From: an uncultured bacterium
Lineage (GTDB): Bacteria; Acidobacteriota; HRBIN11; JAKEFK01
Reading direction: 5' to 3'
Assembly: GCA_963777505.1 (NCBI GenBank)
Contig: CAVZQN010000006.1
Coordinates: 1-64,000 of the forward strand
Length of the DNA stretch: 64,000 nucleotides
Both the position numbers and the translations under genes were made by a program. Below the pieces are notes generated by a model. It was not told the DNA's origin and searched no databases. It saw nothing but the letters and a program-made list of their open reading frames with translations. Below, piece after piece: positions 1-8,574 of the stretch. The stretch's first letter is position 1. Each line of letters opens with the position of its first letter.

Positions 1-84
1 TCCGCCAGATCGAGGCACGGGCGATGAGCAAGCTGCGCCATCCCTCCAGCGACACCGGCGCCCGCGACCTCCTCTCGCCGTCGA
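1..84 (+). CDS. rpoD: C-terminal fragment of a primary sigma70 factor (RpoD/SigA region 4.2), on the high-GC fragment
   Basis: Frame from nt 3 reads RQIEARAMSKLRHPSSDTGARDLL, the typical RIRQIE.KA..KLRHP end of primary sigma factors; true stop obscured by a probable indel. Confidence 0.75.
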
Positions 85-110
85 CCGCCGCCCCGCAACG
101 GGTCGATCGG

Positions 111-660
111 TCAGGTCGGCGCGGGAACGTCACCGTGACGTCCAGCTCGTCGCTGCCGCGGACCACGGCGAGCTCGAGCTGACCACCCGCCTGGATGCCG
201 GCGAGCGTGGCGAACAGGTCGTCGGCGACCTTCAGCTCTCGCCCACCGGCGCGGACCAGGAGGTCGCCTTCGTGGAGCCCGGCCGCCGCGGCCGGCGAGT
301 CGTCGACCACGCTGCGGACCAGGAGGCCGTCGCGCTCGTCGAGGCCGACCGATCGACGCAGGCGGGCCGCCACGTCGGTCGGAGCCAGTGCCACGCCGAG
401 GCGTAGCCGCTCGAACCGGCGCCCCTCGGACATCGCCGTGATCGGTGTCGCGTAGGCCCTGGTCGGCGGCGCGGGCCAGGTAGAAGCCGTGCTCGAGGCG
501 GTGCGTGTTGATGGCCACGACGCGGCCGCCACCGTCGAGCACAGGGGCCCCGGACGAGCCGGAGGCGCACGGCGTGGAGTGCTCGATCGCCCCGACGATC
601 GGCCGCCCGCGAGGTCCTCGGAACCCGGCCTCGGTGGCCGTCACCTGACCCCACGCCGAC
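111..660 (-). pseudogene. Truncated, frameshifted trypsin-like (S1C) serine protease with C-terminal PDZ domain, on the high-GC fragment
   Basis: One frame gives IEH...GSSGAPVLDGGGRVVAINT (trypsin GxSGxP); another gives LGVALAP...GLLVRSVVDDSPAAAAGLHEGDLLV...LAVVRG (PDZ); 5' end cut at about 660. Confidence 0.7.
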
Positions 661-774
661 GCAATCAGTGGAAAAACAGGAGGCCCTGGACTCTTTGAAT
701 TGCTGGAACTCATGGGCAAACAAGATACGCAAGGACGATTGTTGCGATTTATCACAGCATTGAAGAGTCCGTAG
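661..774 (+). CDS. gltX: C-terminal fragment of glutamate--tRNA ligase (anticodon-binding domain)
   Basis: Reads AISGKTGGPGLFELLELMGKQDTQGRLLRFITALKSP*, matching the GluRS C-terminal pattern (RxALTG...PGLFE..ELLG......RL); not in ORF track; upstream part missing. Confidence 0.75.
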   Translation, partial: AISGKTGGPGLFELLELMGKQDTQGRLLRFITALKSP

Positions 775-805
775 CGGCGGTCTTAGACCCGCCCGTAAAA
801 AAGAC

Positions 806-1129
806 GTGTCACGTTACGACATCATCTGGAAAACAGTTCAGAAAATCCCTTATGGCCGCGTTGCCACATATGGACAGATCGCGCGTGAAGCCGGCATGGA
901 ATCACACGCGCGTTTGGTTGGATATGCACTGCATGCAATTCCACGCGGGCTTGAAATTCCATGGCATCGAGTGATCAATTCATCGGGCCGCATCTCACTT
1001 CCCGGTTTGTCAGCGCGCCGGCAAAAAGCTTTACTTGAAAAAGAAGGGATTCAATTCTCACCGGCCGGTAAAATAAATCTCAAAGTCTTTCAATGGACAG
1101 GCTCTCCGCAACGTCGCCGCAAACGCTGA
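806..1129 (+). CDS. atl: Alkyltransferase-like (ATL/YbaZ, MGMT family) DNA-damage binding protein
   Basis: IPYGRVATYGQIA, ARLVGYAL and PWHRV (Trp in place of the catalytic Cys of PCHRV). Confidence 0.9.
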   Translation: MSRYDIIWKTVQKIPYGRVATYGQIAREAGMESHARLVGYALHAIPRGLEIPWHRVINSSGRISLPGLSARRQKALLEKEGIQFSPAGKINLKVFQWTGSPQRRRKR

Positions 1130-1333
1130 CTTCAAAAGTACGTGCTTTAAATTGTGATTTGAACTCCTAGTTTAGAAGCAGCTTCGTTACGTTACAGTTT
1201 GGGTTCTTTTAAAAATCACCCAGCGATCCATTCACGTCCCTTGCGTAATTCATTCAATCTGAACTTTGAATGAACGACGAAATTTGTCTCTTACATTTTA
1301 AATAACCCTCTGCGCGCTTGCTGCAGCCGAATC

Positions 1334-2416
1334 TTAAAGTGGCATAAGCCAGGATGGCGTTGGCGTAAGATTAATTCCATAAACACCGCCTTGATAATTT
1401 TCTAATTGTGCGCACCCGACAACCACCCTGGGGGTTCCCACACTCGAAGCTTTTACGAGTCTGCGAGCGAATAACAGCTGCTTCTTGCACTCATCGTTCC
1501 AAGCCGTATACAGTATCAGTCCTCCGTCTGGCGAGATAGCGATTGATTGAAGCTTTTCAGCATCAACATTTATCGCTTTTGCAAAATTCGTTATTGATCG
1601 AGGCGATCCCAGCGGCTGACCTGTTGTTGCATCGACCTTCTGGATTACCAATTTACTTTTACTGTTAGAGGTTCCAGGCAGCCGAAAATTCCGATACGCA
1701 AGATATCTTGTGCCGGTGGATTCAATTGGATTACTCAAACTCTGGCTGTAACCCTGAAAATCGTTCACGTTCAGCCATTTAAATGGTGATCCTGACAACT
1801 TTCCATTGATCAACTTCCCGACCAGTCCGATGTGATTCATCCCTTTAAAAGTCATCTGGCTCACAAGTGCACCGTCAGGCGATACTGCGGCGGTTCCAGG
1901 GGAACGATCGGCCGGATTAACAAATACTTTTTTTGTACTGCCATCCAGTGGATAAGATACATAATTGTTCGCGCCGGATGTACCAAATGTGCCCGTAGTC
2001 AGAAGATTAATGTCATTGTCAATCCGAAATGCGTGCAACGGATGATACTCGCCCGGAATTTGTGAGAATACACTCAGGTTGGACTTCTTTTCCAGCTGGT
2101 TATCAAACTTAAAACTACCAACCTCGAGCGGCTTCGAAGCATCACCGGCATACATCGTGAAGACTTCGAAATAGGAATCAGCGTCCCATCCATTATATAT
2201 AGCGAGAACTGCTGTGCTTCCCAAAGCTTTTCCCATGGAAGTAATTGATGCCCGTCTTGTTTGAATTCCCTTATTATTTTGTGTTACATATACGAGCCCC
2301 AAGTGAGTTTGGCCCGCTACAAAGGTGACCGCATAGGTTTGGATAACGGCTTCTGCGAAATTAGAAATCGCCATTAGAATTAACAGTGAAATCACCATGC
2401 ACTTGTTACGCAACAT
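1334..2416 (-). CDS. Secreted hypothetical protein, probable beta-propeller
   Basis: RBS GGAGG before ATG 2416; signal peptide ending AEA; two SPDG propeller-blade motifs. Confidence 0.6.
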   Translation of the reverse strand: MLRNKCMVISLLILMAISNFAEAVIQTYAVTFVAGQTHLGLVYVTQNNKGIQTRRASITSMGKALGSTAVLAIYNGWDADSYFEVFTMYAGDASKPLEVGSFKFDNQLEKKSNLSVFSQIPGEYHPLHAFRIDNDINLLTTGTFGTSGANNYVSYPLDGSTKKVFVNPADRSPGTAAVSPDGALVSQMTFKGMNHIGLVGKLINGKLSGSPFKWLNVNDFQGYSQSLSNPIESTGTRYLAYRNFRLPGTSNSKSKLVIQKVDATTGQPLGSPRSITNFAKAINVDAEKLQSIAISPDGGLILYTAWNDECKKQLLFARRLVKASSVGTPRVVVGCAQLENYQGGVYGINLTPTPSWLMPL

Positions 2417-2427
2417 TTTGACCTCCC

Positions 2428-3729
2428 TCATTGACAAATCGTTGTCACAGGATTGTTTATAGAACTGGAAACGCCGGATCGATGAACACCCTCAGCTCCG
2501 CCATTACCAACATAAGAAAATTGAAACTCAATAGCTGACTCTAATCTACCAAAAGGAATTTTTGTGGCTGAACTTGAGAAAAAGTTGTTACAATTCGAAA
2601 TTTTTCCTTCGGAATCGACAAGCGAAAAAATGAGATCATCGCCGCTAGAACGAAATAGGAAGTAGCCACCGTTGGCATTCGGGAAAACAGATCCGCCACT
2701 AATATGTAAATCGTTATATGTCTGCTGAAAAACGAAACCCAGGCCCGAATCTAGCTTAATTAGAAAGAATCTACCTTCGTCTGATACTCCTGTAATAGCG
2801 AAACCAGAGTCATACGTTTGCACAACATCCGTAATGAAACGAACGGTTTGTGCAAGACGAAATTTGTACTGATTCCTGGCAACCCCGTTGCTGCTGAGGC
2901 TAACTACATTTAGTTGCCTACATCCTCTACAACTGCCCACAGCAATGACGCCTCCATTCCCGTTCAAGGCAAATTTTTGGAAAACAAGGCCCGTACCCGA
3001 TAGTGACTGCATCCAATCTGCTTTCATTTGATCATCCACGCGCAGGATCCGGAAAACATCCTTCGCAACGCCGCCCACAAAGTTGCTACCCCCACTTGTC
3101 CGCTTCATCTGTTGACTCATCGGAAATCTTAAATTGGATAAATTTTTCGCTGGAATTAGCTCTCCCTCTGAAGAAAGCTTAAATATGGATGAAGTGTTGC
3201 CCCCCGCTTCTTCGATACCAGAGTTAACTTCACCGCTGATAATCGCGCCGCCATCTGGTGTCGCCACTGAGGAAAGATATCGAATTACCGACCAGATAAA
3301 TGGGCCATTGCTGTAGCTTTTTGTCCAACGAAGGGAACCTGTTGAATTCAGCTTCACTACAATTCCATCGGTTACTGGTACTGTGTTGTCATCGTAATAT
3401 CTGGTACCGACTACAAAATAATCTCCATCCGAAGCTTCCATGATTGATGTAAGACGAACGACACCGCTTACTCTTATTGTTAGAGTTCTTTGCCATGCCT
3501 TTTCGCCGGTTGCCGTAATGTGTGTTACGCAGTAGTCATTTAAACTCAAATTAGCACGACTGAGAGTCGTATATCCTCCATCCGTAGTTTGCTTCGTTTG
3601 GATTAGGAAACCAGCTTTTTCTATTCTTTTCTCAAAGGTCTGCGGATAAACTTGCTCAGCAAAAAGTAAACCGATGAGAATGAAAAAAACTGAAAAGAAT
3701 TTTTCTGTATGCAGCTTTTCGGATTTCAT
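2428..3729 (-). CDS. Secreted repeat protein (QTxDGGY-type beta-propeller repeats)
   Basis: RBS GGAGGAG before ATG 3729; signal peptide; repeats QTTDGGY, EASDGDY, TPDGGA, QTYDSGF, each followed by K-L-(N/D/S)-S-x-G-like turns. Confidence 0.65.
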   Translation of the reverse strand: MKSEKLHTEKFFSVFFILIGLLFAEQVYPQTFEKRIEKAGFLIQTKQTTDGGYTTLSRANLSLNDYCVTHITATGEKAWQRTLTIRVSGVVRLTSIMEASDGDYFVVGTRYYDDNTVPVTDGIVVKLNSTGSLRWTKSYSNGPFIWSVIRYLSSVATPDGGAIISGEVNSGIEEAGGNTSSIFKLSSEGELIPAKNLSNLRFPMSQQMKRTSGGSNFVGGVAKDVFRILRVDDQMKADWMQSLSGTGLVFQKFALNGNGGVIAVGSCRGCRQLNVVSLSSNGVARNQYKFRLAQTVRFITDVVQTYDSGFAITGVSDEGRFFLIKLDSGLGFVFQQTYNDLHISGGSVFPNANGGYFLFRSSGDDLIFSLVDSEGKISNCNNFFSSSATKIPFGRLESAIEFQFSYVGNGGAEGVHRSGVSSSINNPVTTICQ

Positions 3730-3754
3730 TTTCTCCTCCATCGGTACCAAGCGC

Positions 3755-4234
3755 CTATTCAAACCGCGTGCCGGTAAATGATGGACAGCTCATCCCCACA
3801 ACATTTCCGTTAGAATCGAAAACTTCTGCTTGTCCCGATCCTGTGTACGTATTAGCGTCTTCGTTTATCGCTACATCGTTCCTAACGATTACCCAGCCGA
3901 TGTTATTTCCTGACGCGTCATATCGGAACATTTTAAAGGCCAACTGATAGTCGTTTTTTGAAACGTGGCTCCAAGTGCTCAAGTGTGCCGACAGTGCTGT
4001 GGGATTCGTGGCAGGGACTACTTGTCCGGTACCACCGAGTTCATACTTGTGAAGAGCATTGAAATTGGCTAGTTCGGCGCCAGTACTGCAGTTGAAGACA
4101 GTTACGTGAACATCCCACAGTCCGACAATTCTGTTGCGACGAGCTTTTGTGCTTTCCGCCGATACGATGGATTGCAGGCTCACTAGTAAGAACAGAGCCA
4201 ATACAAAGGCCGACTTTACAAATATCTTTTTCAT
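3755..4234 (-). CDS. Secreted small beta-barrel (lipocalin/streptavidin-like) hypothetical protein
   Basis: GGAG RBS before ATG 4234 (MKKIFVKSAF), signal peptide, IVGLW motif, all-beta pattern, two Cys. Confidence 0.6.
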   Translation of the reverse strand: MKKIFVKSAFVLALFLLVSLQSIVSAESTKARRNRIVGLWDVHVTVFNCSTGAELANFNALHKYELGGTGQVVPATNPTALSAHLSTWSHVSKNDYQLAFKMFRYDASGNNIGWVIVRNDVAINEDANTYTGSGQAEVFDSNGNVVGMSCPSFTGTRFE

Positions 4235-4262
4235 TTTTTCTCCATTAACTTCTCGTTCATTA

Positions 4263-4293
4263 TTAACGCGACGTTTTTCATGAAAACCCGACA
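4263..4293 (-). promoter_or_regulatory. Candidate ECF-sigma promoter (TGTCGG...CGCGTTA) for the divergent secreted-protein operon
   Basis: Minus strand TGTCGGGTTTTCATGAAAAACGTCGCGTTAA about 30 nt upstream of ATG 4234; CGT-type -10 typical of ECF promoters; next to the ECF gene. Confidence 0.4.
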
Positions 4294-4365
4294 GCTGAAG
4301 TCGTTCGGTGTGCAGAAACGGTATAATGTGGCTAATTCTGATTCTGTAGCAGAAGCAATCGAAAG

Positions 4366-4929
4366 ATGGAGTCTCCTTCTTCAAACGAAATTACACAATT
4401 ACTCATTGCGTGGGGCAATGGGGATGAGGATGCGCTTGATAAATTGATACCGCTTGTTTACCAGGAGTTGCACAAGCTTGCCGGTCATTACATGCGGAAG
4501 GAAAATGCCGGTCACACTCTTCAAACGACTGCATTAGTGAACGAAGCCTACTTCAGGCTCATCGATCAGAAGGCTAAGATCCAAAATCGTGCACAGTTTT
4601 TTGGAATCGCCGCTAACTTGATGCGACGCATCTTACTTGATCACGCTCGCTCTCATGCACGGATCAAGCGTCGAGGCAGCGCACAAATTGTTTCATTGGA
4701 TGAAGCCGCGGTTGTATCGCAATCAAAGGCTGCAGAATTGATCTTGATTGATGACGCCTTGGCCCGGTTGAATGAGATTGATCCGCTCAAGAGTCGAATT
4801 GTAGAAATGAAATTCTTTGGTGGACTCAGTATGAACGATATTGCGGAATTGGAGAAAGTGTCATCACGTACAATTGAGCGCGAATGGCGGAAAGCTAAAG
4901 CCTGGCTTTACGGTGAAATACAAAAGTGA
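4366..4929 (+). CDS. ECF sigma factor, kinase-associated (TIGR02999-type)
   Basis: EITQLLIAWGNGD, LIPLVYQELHKLA, HTLQTTALVNEAY, FFGIAANLMRRILLDHAR, REWRKAKAWL. Confidence 0.92.
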   Translation: MESPSSNEITQLLIAWGNGDEDALDKLIPLVYQELHKLAGHYMRKENAGHTLQTTALVNEAYFRLIDQKAKIQNRAQFFGIAANLMRRILLDHARSHARIKRRGSAQIVSLDEAAVVSQSKAAELILIDDALARLNEIDPLKSRIVEMKFFGGLSMNDIAELEKVSSRTIEREWRKAKAWLYGEIQK

Positions 4930-4935
4930 TTCGGA

Positions 4936-7563
4936 TTGGAACTCATGCAATCTGAGAAATGGAAACGGATCGACCAGCTTCTGGATGCAGCCCTAGACCT
5001 TGAACCCGACAAACGAGAATCGTTCCTTGAACAAAATTGTTCGGGAGATCAAGAGCTCAAAAAAGAAGTGGAAGCGTTACTAGCGTTCGATGAAAAAGCC
5101 CACGACTTCATTGAAACGCCGGCATACAAAGGAGCAGAGGAATTGTTGTCGATGCCACTCGCGCGCTTATCCGAATCTCAACTTTTATCAGGCGGTCGTT
5201 ACCAGATAATTTGCTCATTAGGATCTGGAGGGATGGGCGAAGTTTATCGTGCAAAGGATTTACGATTAGGTCGCGAAGTAGCGATTAAAGTCTTGCCCGA
5301 ACGTCAGGCAAAAGATGTGAAAGCATCGAAACGATTCGAACGCGAGGCAACGGCTCTTGCCGCATTGTCGCATCAAAACATTTTATCGATTTTTGATTTT
5401 GGTTCCGATGAGGAAACATCCTATGTCGTAATGGAATTGCTGCAAGGTGAGACACTGCGCAAGCGTCTGGAGAATGGTCCACTTCCATGGCTTGAAGCTG
5501 TAGAGATTGGAATTTCCATTGGGGAAGGTCTTTCCGCTGCGCATTCGAAAGGAGTGATCCATCGTGACTTAAAGCCCGAAAATGTTTTTGTGACATCAGA
5601 AGGCATCGTGAAAATTCTAGATTTTGGTTTGGCGTTATTCGATACGCTGCCGCCTGAAAAATTACCGGCAGTACCCGCTGAAGTACTGCAGAGCACTTCG
5701 AGCCTCATGATGGGAACAATCGGTTATATGTCGCCAGAGCAATTCCGGGGAGCACGTTCGGATTCGCGAAGCGATTTATTTTCATTCGGCTGCATACTTT
5801 ATGAAATCATCAGCGGCAAGCGGCCGTTTACCGGAAAAACCACAGCGGAAACTATTGAATGCATTCTAAAGGATGAGCCTGCTCTCATTTCGCAAAAGGT
5901 AAAAGATTTGCCGCCCGAATTGGATGAAATCATTCAACGTTGTCTGAAAAAAAATCCTGAGGATCGATTTCAATCGGCTCGCGATGCAGGTGTTCAATTA
6001 AAGAAAGTGCGTGACGGCATTTCATTGCAAACTACTTCCCGAAAAATTTTTCCTTTTGCTATGCCTCGATTGATTTGGGCAGCGGCAATTTTGATTTTAC
6101 TGCTTGCTGTTGGATTGATTGCAACATTTGGCAACAAAAGCAAAGTTACTAGTTTAGAAAATCTCAGCAATGGCCGTCCGAAAACAATTGCCATTCTTCC
6201 ATTCCGTCCACTCGCTGGCGGCAATCACGACGAAGTGCTGGAACTTGGAATGGCCGATACGCTGATTACACGTCTTGGTAATTCCAGAACGATAACGGTC
6301 CGACCAATAAGTTCAGTACGTAACTTTAAGAGCCCGGATCAAGATCCCATAAAGGCTGGGAAAGCTCTCCAGGTTGAATTGGTTTTAGAAGGAAACCTGC
6401 AGCGTTCGGGAGATCGTATCCGAGTAAATGTAAGGTTAGTTCGCGTAGACAATGGAGCAGCGATTTGGACCGACACGTTTGATGAAAAATTCACAGACAT
6501 CTTTGTAGTTCAGGATGCAATCGCAGCAAAAATTGCTGGGGCGCTGGCTTTTCAATTGAGAGATGATGAAAGATCACAGCTGGAAAAGCGATACACAAGC
6601 AATCCAGCAGCTTATGAGTATTACCTTCGCGGCCGTTACCATTCATATAAATTATTCGAAGAAGATTTGCGCAAGAGTATTGGGTTTTACGAACTTGCCG
6701 TTACGGCTGATGCGAATTACGCTCTTGCGTACGCAGACATGGCTGACTCCTACCGAAGGCTCGGCATCTCGCAGGGTTTGCCGCGGCCAAACGAAGTTTT
6801 CGTTCAAGCGAAATCACAGACAAAGAAAGCATTGGAACTCGACGAATCACTGCCCCAAGCATATGTCGTTTTGGGGTGGATCGATTTTTTATATGGATGG
6901 GATTGGAGCGCCGCCGAAATCAAGCTGAAACGAGCGATTGAGTTAAGTCCAAATAATTCCGATTCTCACCTCGCTTACGCACATTTCTTGTCGTGCGCGG
7001 GAAGGCATCAAGAAGCTGTATCAGAAGTTCGGATTGCGAGAGCGCTAAATCCGACAACGCTCATCCTGCGCGCCATGGAAAGCCAATTCCTACTGTTTGC
7101 CGGACAAGAAGATGAAGCAATATTCCAGTCGAAAAAGGCATTGGATTTAGATCCAAACTTCTGGGTCGCGCTTAACCAGCTCGGCCGGTCCTATTCTTTT
7201 CAAAAGCGTTACAACGAAGCGATAGTCGAACTGACGAAAGCAAAAGAACTTGCTCCGCTAAGCTCAGAACCTCCAATGCAGCTAGGCTATGTTTTTGCGG
7301 CAATGGGTAATCACAAAAAAGCTTATGAAATCCTGAATGAAATGAACCGCCAATCAAAAGTCAGGTTTGTCCCATTTTATAGTTTTGCAATGATATACAA
7401 CGGTGTTGGTGAGAGGGAAAAAGCTTTAGACTTGCTGGATAAATCTGTGGATGAGCGCGAATCCCAACTTACATTTCTCCAGATCGATATTCGTTGGAAT
7501 AATCTCAGGTCTGATCCAAGATTTATCAAAATATTAGAAAAAGTGAACTTTCCAGCAAGCTGA
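4936..7563 (+). CDS. Membrane Ser/Thr protein kinase with TolB-N/FlgO-like and TPR sensor domains
   Basis: GSGGMGEVY, VAIK, HRDLKPEN, DFG, YMSPEQ; TM segment; IAILPF...; TPR repeats; directly follows the ECF gene. Confidence 0.92.
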   Translation: MELMQSEKWKRIDQLLDAALDLEPDKRESFLEQNCSGDQELKKEVEALLAFDEKAHDFIETPAYKGAEELLSMPLARLSESQLLSGGRYQIICSLGSGGMGEVYRAKDLRLGREVAIKVLPERQAKDVKASKRFEREATALAALSHQNILSIFDFGSDEETSYVVMELLQGETLRKRLENGPLPWLEAVEIGISIGEGLSAAHSKGVIHRDLKPENVFVTSEGIVKILDFGLALFDTLPPEKLPAVPAEVLQSTSSLMMGTIGYMSPEQFRGARSDSRSDLFSFGCILYEIISGKRPFTGKTTAETIECILKDEPALISQKVKDLPPELDEIIQRCLKKNPEDRFQSARDAGVQLKKVRDGISLQTTSRKIFPFAMPRLIWAAAILILLLAVGLIATFGNKSKVTSLENLSNGRPKTIAILPFRPLAGGNHDEVLELGMADTLITRLGNSRTITVRPISSVRNFKSPDQDPIKAGKALQVELVLEGNLQRSGDRIRVNVRLVRVDNGAAIWTDTFDEKFTDIFVVQDAIAAKIAGALAFQLRDDERSQLEKRYTSNPAAYEYYLRGRYHSYKLFEEDLRKSIGFYELAVTADANYALAYADMADSYRRLGISQGLPRPNEVFVQAKSQTKKALELDESLPQAYVVLGWIDFLYGWDWSAAEIKLKRAIELSPNNSDSHLAYAHFLSCAGRHQEAVSEVRIARALNPTTLILRAMESQFLLFAGQEDEAIFQSKKALDLDPNFWVALNQLGRSYSFQKRYNEAIVELTKAKELAPLSSEPPMQLGYVFAAMGNHKKAYEILNEMNRQSKVRFVPFYSFAMIYNGVGEREKALDLLDKSVDERESQLTFLQIDIRWNNLRSDPRFIKILEKVNFPAS

Positions 7564-7632
7564 GGAGTTATAAAAATGAATATCATAATTAGCGACTCAT
7601 ACGTTTGATTACTTAAACTAATTGCTTAGATA

Positions 7633-8574
7633 ATGTTGCAACCAGTTGTCTTGATTTTTCGAGCCCGAACTTTGTTAGTGCTCGTTTGCCTTGTCGCAGC
7701 GCTATTTGCACAACCAATTGCAGCAGCTGCAACTGTCGAAGTATTTGAATTCGGGGATTTCGCACTCTATGTACCTTCGAACGTTTCATCCGTCCGTGGG
7801 ATCCTTCTATGCTTGGGTGGCCCAGATACCAGAGCATTTGTTACAGGCGGACGCTTCGGCGCACCGATTCCTGAGCTTGAGGCGTCGCTGCACATACTTG
7901 GACAAGAGTTGCGGAAGCTTGCAACCGAAAAGGGGCTTGCGATACTAGGCACTTCTCGCGCTGCTTTAACGAACGATCCCACAAGTGACAAGCTCATTTT
8001 TGATACAATTCGGGAAGCTGCTGCTAAAACCGGTCACTCAGAACTCACACGTGCACCACTTTTTCTTTACGGAATTTCGGGAGGGACGCCGGAGGCATCC
8101 GGTTTCACTGCGAGAAATCCTGGCAGCGTTGGTGCTCTTTTGCTGAAAGCTCCGGGTGTACCAGAGCGGCTCAGCAGTCCTGAAACTCTTGCAGTGCCAA
8201 CATACATAATGCTTGGGTCGCGCGATGTTTCAACGGAAAATGCCAAAATTACCGCGATGTTTAAGTTAAACCGTGGCGCAGGTGCGCTGTGGGCTCTTGC
8301 AATGGAACCCAATGTGCCGCATCACATGCTTACACCGAGCCATCGTGCTATTACGATTAACTGGATGCGCGCAATAGTAGAGCTTCGCTTGGGCTCATCA
8401 GTCGAACATCCGCTTCGCACCATTAAGGAGTCCTTTGGTTGGCTCGGCAATTCTGCTATCGGTGTAAGCAGCTGGTCGAATTTCAACGGCGATCGAAGAT
8501 CCGCAAGCTGGTTTCCTTCGCAGACTACGGCTGAGGAATGGAAAGCGTTTCAGCAAGGAAATAATGTTCAGTAA
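7633..8574 (+). CDS. Secreted alpha/beta-hydrolase-fold protein
   Basis: Signal peptide, nucleophile elbow YGISGG, downstream Asp (GSRD) and His (VPHH). Confidence 0.6.
   Translation: MLQPVVLIFRARTLLVLVCLVAALFAQPIAAAATVEVFEFGDFALYVPSNVSSVRGILLCLGGPDTRAFVTGGRFGAPIPELEASLHILGQELRKLATEKGLAILGTSRAALTNDPTSDKLIFDTIREAAAKTGHSELTRAPLFLYGISGGTPEASGFTARNPGSVGALLLKAPGVPERLSSPETLAVPTYIMLGSRDVSTENAKITAMFKLNRGAGALWALAMEPNVPHHMLTPSHRAITINWMRAIVELRLGSSVEHPLRTIKESFGWLGNSAIGVSSWSNFNGDRRSASWFPSQTTAEEWKAFQQGNNVQ

Noticed and set aside
111-755. ORF-track 214-aa and 166-aa ORFs spanning nt 660
   Set aside because: They cross the chimeric junction and mix frames; only the central trypsin-like part is real.
771-794. 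GTAG-prefixed imperfect palindrome after gltX (GTAG-type REP)
   Set aside because: Single imperfect copy in the window; cannot be told apart from a terminator.
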